A program made the translations under genes and the position numbers. The notes below the pieces were generated by a model. That model was not told the DNA's origin. It did no database searches and was given only the letters and a program-made list of their open reading frames with translations. Source: Candidatus Bathyarchaeota archaeon (lineage in GTDB: Archaea; Thermoproteota; Bathyarchaeia; TCS64). Taken from it: a stretch of 64,000 bases of DNA. Below are positions 37,980-48,251 of this stretch, one piece after another. The stretch's first letter is position 1; the number at the start of each line of letters is the position of its first letter. The stretch lies in the NCBI GenBank assembly GCA_963771885.1, contig CAVYVF010000023.1, forward strand, positions 800,001-864,000. The letters run 5' to 3'.

Positions 37980-39197
37980 TTGATGGTCTCGGCTCGAAAG
38001 GTGTCCGTGGACGCAGTTCGCAGGCTTCAACTTGAGAAGCAGGGTGTAGGCGAGCCAACCAAGAAGGCGACTAAGAAGAGGATAAGGGAGACCATCGAGC
38101 GCCTCGGTTGCCTACAAATCGACACAATTAACGTCGTAGAGCGTGCCCACTACTTCACACTCTGGACGCGTCTCGGCCAGTACAGGAAGGATGATCTCTA
38201 CAAGCTAGCGTACGAGGATCGGAGCGTCTTCGAGGGGTGGGGACATGCTATGTGCTACATGCCCATGGACCACTGGCGATACCTCATAGCCGCGAACAAG
38301 GAGCGGGCACACAGCAAGGTCATACACACCGGCTGGTTTAGCCGCGTCCCAGCCGACGTCGTCGACTCCGTCCTCGAACGTGTCAAGAATGAGGGGCCGC
38401 TTGGCAGCGCCGATTTTGAGGGGAAGAAGCCGAGCGGAGGCTGGTGGGGGTGGAAACCACAGAAGCGCGCCCTCGAGGCACTCTTCAGCGCGGGCGACCT
38501 TATGGTCACGCGTCGAGATGGCTTCCAGAGGATATACGACCTTACCGAGCGCGTGCTGCCCAGCGGCGTCGACGCGTCAGAGCCAACGGCGGAGGAGCGG
38601 AACAGGTTCTTCGCCAAGCGCACGCTGGGGTCGCTTGGTGCCACGAAGCCAACCGACGTAAAGTTCTACTACCACTCTTGGTGCGTAAAGTTCAAGCTGG
38701 CAACGAAGGATGTGCAAGCACTCCTCGATGGTCTCGCCGCGGAGGGCGTCGCCGAGAAGCTGAGCGTAGATGGGCTCAAGACTCCTTACTATTGCCTCGC
38801 CGAGGATGCGACCCGCCTCGAGGGGCTCGAGAAGGAGTGGCGATACGGTGGCGTTCGCCTCATCAACTACTTCGACAGCATGCTCTGGCACGCCGACAGG
38901 TTAAATTCCCTCTTCGGGTTCGAACGCGCCCTCGAGGTCTACCTCAAACCCGAGCAGAGGAAGTACGGCTACTACAGCGTGCCCATCCTCTACGGCGATA
39001 GACTCGTTGGGCGCCTTGACCCCAAGGCAGACCGCAAGGAGAAGAAGCTCATAGTGCGGGGTCTCTGGTACGAGGAAGGATTCAAACCCGACGAAGAATA
39101 CAAGGACGCGTTCGGAAAGACGCTTGATGACTTCGCCAAGTTCAACGGCGCCGAGGAAATAGATTGGCGCCTAGAAAAGACGCCTACTTCTGCTTGA
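37980..39197 (+). CDS. YcaQ/AlkZ family DNA crosslink glycosylase (wHTH)
   Basis: LQIDTINVVERAHY (QxD), GFQRIYDL, EVYLKPEQRKYGYY, GRLDPKADR. Confidence 0.93.
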   Translation: MMVSARKVSVDAVRRLQLEKQGVGEPTKKATKKRIRETIERLGCLQIDTINVVERAHYFTLWTRLGQYRKDDLYKLAYEDRSVFEGWGHAMCYMPMDHWRYLIAANKERAHSKVIHTGWFSRVPADVVDSVLERVKNEGPLGSADFEGKKPSGGWWGWKPQKRALEALFSAGDLMVTRRDGFQRIYDLTERVLPSGVDASEPTAEERNRFFAKRTLGSLGATKPTDVKFYYHSWCVKFKLATKDVQALLDGLAAEGVAEKLSVDGLKTPYYCLAEDATRLEGLEKEWRYGGVRLINYFDSMLWHADRLNSLFGFERALEVYLKPEQRKYGYYSVPILYGDRLVGRLDPKADRKEKKLIVRGLWYEEGFKPDEEYKDAFGKTLDDFAKFNGAEEIDWRLEKTPTSA

Positions 39198-39960
39198 TGA
39201 TGCGGGTGGTGAGCTTCGGCTCGCCACGGACAGACTTTACGGCCTCGACCGCCTCCTTCACCGCCTCGTCATCGCCGTCGAGGAGGAAGAGCTTGGAGCC
39301 CTCTGCGCCGTCGATGCCGCCGCCCCCGATCGGGACGACCTCGACGCCGAAGAGCTCCTTGAACGCCTCCATCTCGGTGATTATGTAGCCGCCTACTACC
39401 ATCATGCCGCACTTGACGTCGAGTGCTATGTCGACCTTGTTTATGCCCATGCGGTTTGCGGCGTCAGTGAGGTTGATAGGGACGAGCTTCTCGAGGCCAG
39501 CCGCGATAATGGTTGTTATTCCGTTGCTCGTGAGGTAGCCCCAGACGGCGCCGATTGTTCCGCCGCCAACTCCGCCTAGGAGGATGCCGGCCTGGCCGAA
39601 GGGATCGATGGCGTTGGCGCCTTTGATGAAGATGTCGCCTGGCCCCATGTCCTTGAGGTACTCGCCGAGCTCGGGAACCTTTGCCGTCTTGACCTTGCCC
39701 TTCTGGATGACGGTGTGGTCGCCGCGGCCCTTTGCCTCGGTGATCTGAAGGCCGTCCTTAGTGACGACGCCGGCTGTGAACATACCCTTTTCTTTGATCT
39801 CCTTGCCGAGGAGCTCCTCGAGGACGTAGGCATTCGTTGTGCTCGTGGCGACGATAATTGTTCCATTCTCCTTCGCGAGCTGGACTATCGGCATGTGGGC
39901 GATCGCCTTGGCGATCAGCCTCTTCCCCTCGGATGGGGTGAGTACTACCTCTGCTAGCAA
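39184..39960 (-). CDS. Conserved hypothetical protein
   Basis: LTPSEGKRLIAKA, TTNAYV, IKGANAID, GLEKLVP, ITEMEA, GGIDGAEGS. Confidence 0.8.
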   Translation of the reverse strand: MLAEVVLTPSEGKRLIAKAIAHMPIVQLAKENGTIIVATSTTNAYVLEELLGKEIKEKGMFTAGVVTKDGLQITEAKGRGDHTVIQKGKVKTAKVPELGEYLKDMGPGDIFIKGANAIDPFGQAGILLGGVGGGTIGAVWGYLTSNGITTIIAAGLEKLVPINLTDAANRMGINKVDIALDVKCGMMVVGGYIITEMEAFKELFGVEVVPIGGGGIDGAEGSKLFLLDGDDEAVKEAVEAVKSVRGEPKLTTRIIKQK

Positions 39961-40222
39961 GTCAAATACACCGGTTCTTATGGTAGCCTCGGGGCGATCC
40001 ATTTAAAAACTTAGCTAAACAAAGCTCAGCAATGCCCCTTATCTTCGGTCTTCTGTAAAGGAAAGGTGCCCTAATACATAATCCGAATAATAATATCACA
40101 TAATACTCGGGGAATGGTAGCCTCCACGCGAGCGACTTGAGGTAAACGGAAAACACCGGATGTAGTTAGATGCCGTTTTTAGCTGGAGCATGTAAATCGT
40201 CACAGCGCAACGGAGACGCACG

Positions 40223-41038
40223 TTATACTGCGCTCTGCTCCGCCAGCGCCTCGGCGAATATTTCGCCGAACTCGGTGAGGCTGATGACCTTCATCTTGCT
40301 CCCCTTCTCGGCGTCGATAAGTCCCTTCATCTCTAGCTTCGTGACGATGCGGCTGAACTTGTTTCGGAGGGTTGAGCTCGCCGCCTTGTGGCCGAACCAG
40401 CGGATGATATCGCTTATGGACTCTGCCTCGCCGCCGTTCTCTCGAAGGAGTATGAGGAGCTTCTTCTCCCTGTCCCATTCTTTCTCCTCATGCTTTGTAT
40501 TTGGCTCGAGGCGGTAGCCGGGGAGCTGTATCTCCTTTGGCTCCTTGCTAGCCTGGTTTCGGGCGTTTTCGAACCACTTTTCGAACTGTGGGTCGCCTAC
40601 TTTGCCCGTTACGTACCACGCGGAGCGCTCTGGGGGGACGCTGTAGACGCGTGCGTTACGGAACATGAGGGCGACTGTGAGGCTGACGCCCTGGGTGATG
40701 TCGGTTGTGCTGGTGACGTCGATGAGAACCTCCTCGCCCGAGGCTCTTGCCATATTTACAACGCCGTAGATTGCCTTGAACGCGCTGCGGTGGTCCATAG
40801 GGTCGAAGCCTATGAGCTCGGGGTCAAGTATCTCGAGCTTGTCGCGTAGCTCCTCAGCGTTCTTCTGGCTCATGTAACTGAATACTGCGGTCTCATCTGT
40901 AGCCTTGGCGTTACTGTAGAGCAGATATAGCTTGGTTATGCCGTGGTGTTTGCTCCAGTATCGTATGCCGTCGAAGGGGCGGCGGAAGTGTGTGCCCACG
41001 AGAGCGACTATAATTGTCATATTAACCCCGGCTTTCAC
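40223..41038 (-). CDS. CARF-like Rossmann domain plus C-terminal winged-helix regulator (DUF6293/Csa3-like)
   Basis: IIVALVG, KLYLLYS, VLIDVTSTT, VYSVPP; wHTH SISDIIR...SRIVTKLEMKGLI...KVISLTEFG. Confidence 0.7.
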   Translation of the reverse strand: MKAGVNMTIIVALVGTHFRRPFDGIRYWSKHHGITKLYLLYSNAKATDETAVFSYMSQKNAEELRDKLEILDPELIGFDPMDHRSAFKAIYGVVNMARASGEEVLIDVTSTTDITQGVSLTVALMFRNARVYSVPPERSAWYVTGKVGDPQFEKWFENARNQASKEPKEIQLPGYRLEPNTKHEEKEWDREKKLLILLRENGGEAESISDIIRWFGHKAASSTLRNKFSRIVTKLEMKGLIDAEKGSKMKVISLTEFGEIFAEALAEQSAV

Positions 41039-41274
41039 TGTATATTATACGGATTGTAACTACATATGATTGAATATATAAAATGTTGTAGATATTTGAG
41101 ATAATCATTAGACGATTACGTAATAATGGGACAATCCGTTTTTAGTTGAGCTAAAAGTGATTGTCACGTTTAATCGATATTCGGAGTATTATGAATGCTG
41201 TGGACACGTTCTTATAGCGCGCGGGTTCAGGATGTCTCTATCTATCTCAGTCAACTCCATCGGTGAATGATGCT

Positions 41275-41538
41275 ATGAGTGAATCGAAGTCCGTCGCGAA
41301 GGTCTACTCCCTCCCAGATTGTAAAAAATGTGAGATTCTTAAGGCGTATATGAAGGAGAAAGGGATACCCTTTGAGGCCAAGTGGTTCGACACGGAGGCT
41401 CAGACGGAGTTCGTCATGTTGAACATGTTTGGCAACCCCCCGGTTCTCGTGATGGGTGATCGCTTGGCGTCGGCGGAGAACATGTTCCCCCTTGGGGAGC
41501 TGAGCGAGGAAGCGGTGAGGAGTGTTTTGAATGCTTAA
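41275..41538 (+). CDS. nrdH: NrdH/glutaredoxin-like protein
   Basis: VYSLPDCKKCEILK CxxC, NPPVL; overlaps the nrdD start. Confidence 0.8.
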   Translation: MSESKSVAKVYSLPDCKKCEILKAYMKEKGIPFEAKWFDTEAQTEFVMLNMFGNPPVLVMGDRLASAENMFPLGELSEEAVRSVLNA

Positions 41539-43792
41539 GAGGGGCAGGGATCTTCCGGTCGGTCAGACTAACATGGAGCAGTTCTACAGGGCTGAGCGCC
41601 TGTGGAAGGGCATGCCGATGGTGCGCACCACCGACGGCTACCTTGTGGAGTGGAACAAGGCGAGGATAGTGGATCAGCTCGTCCGCGAGACTGAGCTGGC
41701 TGAGACCATGTTCGGCATCCAGCCTCTCAGCCCGTTGAAGGCGGAGAAGCTGAGCGCCGAGGTCGAGAGGCGCATCAAACTCTTCAAGCCCAAGGTCGTC
41801 TCCGGCCCAATGGTGAGGGAGATCACGAACAATGTGCTCCTCGAGTGGAGCGAGTCGGAGAACATGCCCGAGCTGCAGGTCTTCAGGAACATCCTGACTC
41901 GTGTCGGTGTGCCTGTGGTTGACGCGTACGAGATCGACACGGGCAGCGGCTTCGAGGCGAAGGAGAACGCGAATCTTCAGCCGAACCCGGAGACGGTGCA
42001 TAAGAAGAAGGCGGACAGGCTCAGTAAGGAGCAGTACCTGCTTCTGATGGACCCGACGCTAGCGACGGCGCACCACCAGGGTGACATTCACATCCACACG
42101 CTGGAGTACTTCGGCAGCCGTCCCTTCTGTCAGGACTGGGACCTGAGGTACTTCCTCTACTACGGGCTCATCCCCGATGGCTCGGGCTTCAGGAGCAGCG
42201 TGGCTGGTCCGGCGAAGCAGCCGGAGGTCGCCATACTGCACAGCGTGAAGGTGTTGGCTGCGGGGCAGACGAACTTCAGCGGCGGGCAGGGCTTCATGTA
42301 CTACACGATGTTCCTCGCCCCATTCCTACGCGGCTTGCCATATGAGAAGGTGAAGCAGCTCGCGCAGATGATGTTCTACGAGTTGACTCAGACCTACGTC
42401 ACCCGCGGCGGGCAACTCGTCTTCAGCAACATTCAGCTGCCGATGGGCGTACCGGACATATGGAAGAACGTCCCCGTGGTCATGAAGGGAAAGATAGGTC
42501 CTGACACCTATGGCAGCTACGAGGATGAGGTTCAGATGTTCTTCCGCGCCATCACCGAGGTGGCGCTTGAGGGGGACTACTGGGGCAAGCCATTCAACTT
42601 CCCAAAGAACGAGAACTACGTCTCCCCCGAGTTCTTCAAGCCGGAGTACGACGACCTCTGGATGCTCGTCCACGAGAGCGTGGGCAAGTTCGGGGCACCT
42701 TACTTCGACAACATGCTCCCGACATACCGCGGCTACGGCAACGGCATCAGCTGCTACCAGTGCTGCGCGTACCAGTTCGCGAACACCCCTGAGACTGACC
42801 CCAAGTTCCACGAGAAGCTGAACTTCGATGAGGGGCAGCACTTCAGCATGGGTGGCTGGCAAGTCGTCAGCCTCAACATGCCCCGCATGGCATACCGCGC
42901 CAACGGCGACTACGATAAACTGCTGGAGGCGGCGCAAGAGAACATGCGTATGGCGATCGACGTCTTCAAAGCGAAGCAGTTCTGGATGAAGAAAGCCCTC
43001 GCCAATAACATGGTGCCTTTCGCCACGCAGACCCCGAGGGATCCACGCACGGGGAAGGTGGGGCCGCCGGCCGTCGACTTCAGCGAGCTGGTGAACGTCA
43101 TCGGCGTCGTGGGAGTCAACGAGATGGTCCAGCACTTCACGGGGAAGCAGCTGCACGAGGACCCCGACTCCGTAAAGCTGGCGGTCAGGCTCCTGCTTGA
43201 CATGGAGAAGTACCGGAAGGGGCTTGAGATGAGGAACGGGTTCAAGGTTATGCTAGCCCGTACGCCCGCGGAGTCCACAGCGCAGACCTTCGCCGTGGCC
43301 GACCTCGTCTCGCCGTCCTACAAAAAGTTCGCCGTGAGCACGGTGAAGGGCGACATGGAGGGCGCAGCCTCGATATACAAGGGGAAGCGCGACTTGCCCG
43401 TCTACTACAGCAACGGCACACACACCTACGTTGGCGCCAAGATCCCACTCGGGAAGAAGATAGACATCGAGCACAAGTTCTTCCCCATACTCAGCGGCGG
43501 CAACATCTTCCATGCCTGGCTCGGCGAGGCGTGCAGCGACCCGGAGGCTCTCTACAAGTTGACTCAGCGCATCTGCAGGAACAGCCAGATCGGGTACTTC
43601 AGCTACACGAAGGACCTGACGGTGTGCAGCAAGTGCGCGAGCACATCGGCGGGGATGCTCAAGACGTGCCCTAGTTGCGGCTCGGAGAACGTGCGCTGGT
43701 GGAGCAGAATCACTGGGTACTACACGGACGTGACGGGGTGGAATGAGGGCAAGCGCGCGGAGCTCATGGACCGCTATCGCGTCACCATCTAA
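41531..43792 (+). CDS. nrdD: Class III anaerobic ribonucleoside-triphosphate reductase with ATP cone
   Basis: ATP cone VRTTDGYLVEWN, GDIHIH, RPFC, YQCC, TPAEST, CSKC..CPSC, SRITGY glycyl-radical motif. Confidence 0.97.
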   Translation: MLKRGRDLPVGQTNMEQFYRAERLWKGMPMVRTTDGYLVEWNKARIVDQLVRETELAETMFGIQPLSPLKAEKLSAEVERRIKLFKPKVVSGPMVREITNNVLLEWSESENMPELQVFRNILTRVGVPVVDAYEIDTGSGFEAKENANLQPNPETVHKKKADRLSKEQYLLLMDPTLATAHHQGDIHIHTLEYFGSRPFCQDWDLRYFLYYGLIPDGSGFRSSVAGPAKQPEVAILHSVKVLAAGQTNFSGGQGFMYYTMFLAPFLRGLPYEKVKQLAQMMFYELTQTYVTRGGQLVFSNIQLPMGVPDIWKNVPVVMKGKIGPDTYGSYEDEVQMFFRAITEVALEGDYWGKPFNFPKNENYVSPEFFKPEYDDLWMLVHESVGKFGAPYFDNMLPTYRGYGNGISCYQCCAYQFANTPETDPKFHEKLNFDEGQHFSMGGWQVVSLNMPRMAYRANGDYDKLLEAAQENMRMAIDVFKAKQFWMKKALANNMVPFATQTPRDPRTGKVGPPAVDFSELVNVIGVVGVNEMVQHFTGKQLHEDPDSVKLAVRLLLDMEKYRKGLEMRNGFKVMLARTPAESTAQTFAVADLVSPSYKKFAVSTVKGDMEGAASIYKGKRDLPVYYSNGTHTYVGAKIPLGKKIDIEHKFFPILSGGNIFHAWLGEACSDPEALYKLTQRICRNSQIGYFSYTKDLTVCSKCASTSAGMLKTCPSCGSENVRWWSRITGYYTDVTGWNEGKRAELMDRYRVTI

Positions 43793-43946
43793 ACTTTAAT
43801 ACTTACTTTTCATCACCGCAAGACTACTTATTTTAGGAATTTAATCACTGTCGTCCTCGCTTCTGTCGATTCTCGCTTATCAATCAGAGAGTAGAGCAGC
43901 TCACGCCGCTGCCTCAGCTTATATCTGCTGAACCAGATCATTTTCC

Positions 43947-45330
43947 ATGACCGACTTTTCGAAGGTTGATTGCTTCATCCTCGATAGGATGTCAGAGACG
44001 CGACTCCCCGGAGTGAGCCTCGCCGCCGTTGAGAACGGCAAGGTAGTCTACACCCGTGGCTATGGGTTGCGTGACGTGGCGAAGGGCAAGCCAGCGACTC
44101 CCGATACTATCTTCTGCATCGGGAGCATCACGAAGTCGTTCACCTGTATCGCTATAATGCAACTGGAGGAGAGGGGACTTCTTAGCGTCGACGACCCAGT
44201 GGAGAAGCACCTGCCAATCAGGCTCCACGCCAAAGGAAAGCCCGTTAAGATCAGGCACCTGATGAGTCATACCAGTGGCATTCCCGCGACGGCCTACGCG
44301 GAGGCGGCGATACGCAACGCGATGAAGTCGGCGGATACCTACCTACCCCTCGCGTCGGGGGCGGACATGTATACCTTCCTCGACGGCGCCGAGGAGTGGG
44401 CACACAACGAGCCAGGGGAACGCTGGTACTACCTCAATGAAGGCTTCCGCCTACTCGGCGAGATAGTGGAGAAGGTGAGCGGGGAGAAGTACGTCGACTA
44501 CATCAAGGATCACAGTACTCGACCCCCTCGGCATGGCTCGCAGCACCTTCAGCCCAGACGCCGTTGATGCTGATCCCGACGCTGCAACCCCTTACATTGT
44601 CACACGCACCGGCGAACAACTACCTAGCACCTACCCCTACGGCATCGTCGGCAGCGACGGCGGCCTCGTTAGCAGCGCCAACGAGATGGCGGAGTACCTC
44701 AAGATGCTCCTCAACAAGGGCAAGACGGGCAGGAAGCAAGTGCTATCAGCCGCCTCCCTCGCCGAGATGACGAAACCACGCATAAAGACCCCCGACCAGC
44801 CTTGGATCACCAAGACCGTGCGCCACTACGGCTACGGCCTCGGCATCAATGTGGACCCGAGCGGCCCCACGGTCATCAGCCATGGAGGCAGTGTCTCCAC
44901 CGCGACAGCCCAGATCGCCTTCGTCCCCGAGGAAGGCATCGGAGTCATCGTCCTCGCAAACGGCACCGGCTACCCCCTCGCCACCATCGCTGACTACGCC
45001 CTCGCCGCCCTAGCCGGCCGCAACCCCGACCAGCTTCCGGCTATACGCTTCGAAAACACACTCACCGACCTCACCGGCAACTACGAGACATACAAGCACA
45101 CAATGAAGGGACGCGTCACCCGCCGCGGCAGCATCCTCCAGCTCGACACGGGCGACAAGTACCGCGACGTCGCCGTCCCACTCATACCCCTCGACTGGGA
45201 GTCACCCACCAAGACCTTCGAATCCCCCACCGGCGAGCGCAAACAGATCGCCGAGTTCTATAAGATGGACGGCGAACAATACTTAATCTACGAGCGATAC
45301 AAGTTCAAGCGTGTAGGCAAGAACCCATAA
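43947..45330 (+). CDS. Serine hydrolase (beta-lactamase-like S12 peptidase, Pab87-like); frameshift near 44515
   Basis: GSITKS (SxxK), LMSHTSG, YLN; continues LGM...SHGG in the next frame. Confidence 0.88.
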
Positions 45331-45437
45331 CTATACCGCCTTAGCCTCGACCGCCTTTTTTCAGAAGAGAAGACATAAGCCATCAATCGAATAGATCAAC
45401 ACCTCAATCTTTTAACCGACAAAACCGACAACAAGCC

Positions 45438-45644
45438 ATGAGTCAGAAGACCCAATCCGGGGCGGAGCACCTGCTCGCCCTCATCAGGGAACGCTACGGC
45501 AACCGCCTCACACCCAAGGAGCTCGACGAGGTACGCGCTAGCCTCACCGCCATACTCGACGGAGCCGCCATCATGCGTGCCGTAAAACTCGAGAACGGCG
45601 ACGAGCCCAACCAGACCTTCAAGCCGGAGGGCGACCCGGAGTGA
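45438..45644 (+). CDS. Small GatC/AtzG-like amidase partner
   Basis: 68 aa, LRAVKLENGDEP..F-type C-terminus; GTGA overlap with the amidase. Confidence 0.6.
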   Translation: MSQKTQSGAEHLLALIRERYGNRLTPKELDEVRASLTAILDGAAIMRAVKLENGDEPNQTFKPEGDPE

Positions 45645-47032
45645 AGTCCTCCGTCTTCGTCCCCATCTCCAAGCTATCCCGACAAATCAAGGCGGGGAGG
45701 GTATCCCCCGTGGAGCTCGCCGAGACCTTCCTCGACCGCCTCGAAAAGAAGGGTCCCCGCTTTAACTCCCTCGTCACGCTCACCCGGAGCCTTGCCCTAA
45801 AGCAGGCTAGGAAGGCGGAGAAGGAGATCGAGGAGGGCAACTATCGGGGACCTCTCCACGGTATACCTTGGGGCGCCAAGGACCTGCTGTCCACTAAGGG
45901 CATCCCCACTACGTGGGGCGCCGAGCCCTTCAGGAACCGCATCATTGACACGGACGCAACTGCCGTCGTAAAACTCCGCGAAGCGGGCGCCGTCCTCTGC
46001 GCCAAGCTCGCCATGATAGAGTTCGCCGGCGGAATGGGATACCGACAGCCCAATGCTTCACTTACCGGCCCCCCACGCAACCCATGGAACCCCGAAACCT
46101 GGACCGGCGGCTCCTCAAGCGGCTCCGGGGCTGCCGTTGCCGCGGGGCTCATCCCATTCGCCATAGGCTCCGAGACCTGGGGCAGCATCCTCAGTCCAGC
46201 CAACAACTGCGGCGTCTCCGGGCTCCGACCTACATACGGGCGAGTCAGCCGTCGCGGAGCCATGGCGCTTTGCTGGACTCTCGACAAGCTCGGGCCTCTC
46301 GCCCAGACGGCGGACGACTGTGGTGTTATACTCGAAGCCCTCGCGGGGCCCGACTCACTCGACACGACCACGATCCAGAAGCCGTGGCACTACAATCCAC
46401 GTGCGCCTAAACGCAGACCACGTCTTGCTGTCCTCCGCGGAGTAGCCGACGACGCAAACCCCGAGGTCAAGGATAACTTCGAGAAGGCCCTCAAGGTTAT
46501 TCGCAGTTACGCTAACGTCGAGGAGATCGAGTTACCTGATCTACCCTATGAGGCGATCACCCGCACCATCCTGAACGCGGAGGCGGCGAGCGCCTTCGAG
46601 GACCTCGTGGAAAACGGCACGGTAAGTAAACTCACTGCCCCCGAGGATCACTGGGGACCTTACGCGCGCACGGCTCTCCTCGCCACCGACTACCTGCGTG
46701 CTATGCGCCTCCGCACGAAGATGGTCAAGGTGACCGCGGAAGCAATGGCGTCCTACGACGCAGTCGCTGCACCGAGCGCCAAGAAGCCGGCGACCCCGAT
46801 AACAGAGGAGTTCCGTAAGGTCGCCCCAGGCGCCACGAAGGACATCATGGGCGCGATCGGAAACGGCTGCGGACTCCCCGCCATAAGCGTCCCTGACGGT
46901 TTCACGGAGGCGGGGCTACCAACAGGAATCCAGTTCATGGGCAAGCCCTACCAGGAGAACACTGTCATAGCCATAGCCAGAGCCTACCAGAGCCTCACTG
47001 ACTGGCACACGCGTCACCCGGAGGAGGACTAG
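45641..47032 (+). CDS. Amidase signature family enzyme
   Basis: GPLHGIPWGAKD, GGSSSGS, GSETWGSI, GLPTGIQ. Confidence 0.95.
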   Translation: MKSSVFVPISKLSRQIKAGRVSPVELAETFLDRLEKKGPRFNSLVTLTRSLALKQARKAEKEIEEGNYRGPLHGIPWGAKDLLSTKGIPTTWGAEPFRNRIIDTDATAVVKLREAGAVLCAKLAMIEFAGGMGYRQPNASLTGPPRNPWNPETWTGGSSSGSGAAVAAGLIPFAIGSETWGSILSPANNCGVSGLRPTYGRVSRRGAMALCWTLDKLGPLAQTADDCGVILEALAGPDSLDTTTIQKPWHYNPRAPKRRPRLAVLRGVADDANPEVKDNFEKALKVIRSYANVEEIELPDLPYEAITRTILNAEAASAFEDLVENGTVSKLTAPEDHWGPYARTALLATDYLRAMRLRTKMVKVTAEAMASYDAVAAPSAKKPATPITEEFRKVAPGATKDIMGAIGNGCGLPAISVPDGFTEAGLPTGIQFMGKPYQENTVIAIARAYQSLTDWHTRHPEED

Positions 47033-47418
47033 ATGACTCCCCCCGTCACGGGCTCTATCACCTTCTTCTACTACGACGACCTCGAACGCGCTGCCCGCTT
47101 CTACGGCGAGACACTTGGATTTCAGCTCGTCAATGACCCCGGCTTCGCCAAGGTCTACCATGCAGGCGCCGGGATACACGTGGGGCTCGTCGACGGGCAC
47201 CGGGGCTCCATGAAGCCCACGAAGGACAAGCCAGTAATGCTAAGCCTCTTCGTAGACGACGTAGACGCATGGTACAGGCACCTCCTCGCCGGGGGCTAAA
47301 GCTCGACCCGCCCACTGAGCCCGGTTACAACCCGATGCGCGTCCTTATCTTCAAGGATCCCGAGGGCTACACCCTCGAGTTCCTCCAGTGGCTCACACCA
47401 AACGGAAAGATGGCGTAG
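47033..47418 (+). CDS. VOC family protein; frameshift near 47290
   Basis: ITFFYYDDLERAARFYG; continues FKDPEGYTLEFLQW in another frame. Confidence 0.8.
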
Positions 47419-47467
47419 CGCCGATTAGCCCCAACCTTAAACGCGGGGCGAACCACGCCCTAATGGG

Positions 47468-48061
47468 ATGAAGGCTACTGGGTTCACCCTCAGGTACATA
47501 GCTATTTACGCGGTGGTTTTCGCCGCCGTTGTATGGGTGTTCGGCGTCATACCCTCCAGCGGAGTAGAAGCCGCCACAGCGCAGACCACAACTTGGTTCC
47601 TTGCACTCCTCGGGCACGCGACGATCTGGGTGCAAGCCGACGGGTATACGACGCTCACCCTCGCCGGGCAGCGCGACGTAACCGTAACCATCGTGCGCGA
47701 ATGCACCGCCCTCAACGTCTTCGGCGTCATGGCCGGGCTCATACTCCCCCTACAGGCTAGCTGGATACGAAAAGCGAAGGGCATCACAGTTGCAGGACTC
47801 CTACTATTCGCCCTGAACATCCCCCGAATAGCCCTTACCGTCTACCTCACAGCCTACGATACCTGGCCCTTCACGCTAATCGCGGAGAGGAGCCTCGATA
47901 CCTACCACTACCCCCTAAGCTTCGCCTTTGGCGTCATAGGCGTCGCCGTGACGATACTCGCCGTCTCGAGACTGACAACCCCCGAACTAGAAAAAACCCT
48001 GCTGGGGATCGTTGACAAGACCGTAGGCTCTAGCGACCGAGCTTCTCGAGACTCCCCTTGA
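47468..48061 (+). CDS. Archaeosortase/exosortase family membrane protein
   Basis: IVRECTA (Cys), LNIPRI (Arg), TYH (His) triad within TM helices. Confidence 0.8.
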   Translation: MKATGFTLRYIAIYAVVFAAVVWVFGVIPSSGVEAATAQTTTWFLALLGHATIWVQADGYTTLTLAGQRDVTVTIVRECTALNVFGVMAGLILPLQASWIRKAKGITVAGLLLFALNIPRIALTVYLTAYDTWPFTLIAERSLDTYHYPLSFAFGVIGVAVTILAVSRLTTPELEKTLLGIVDKTVGSSDRASRDSP

Positions 48062-48251
48062 GCCCTGCCCTCAATAACTCGGCGTCGGAACCGACTCGGC
48101 GGTAGCGCCACCCCGGGTTCACTAACTCGACTTAGTGGTCGACAGCCTCACGGCGTATCCGCGTTGACCCTCGGGCATACGCCAAGTCTATGTCTAGAAT
48201 CGATTAACGCCTACTAGGCGGGGGTGGTCTGAAAACCTGGTTAAGAGGAGT

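Noticed and set aside
48020..48190. Possible decayed ribbon-helix-helix gene or ncRNA downstream of alba
   Set aside because: Needs several frameshifts and stops to reconstruct; not supportable
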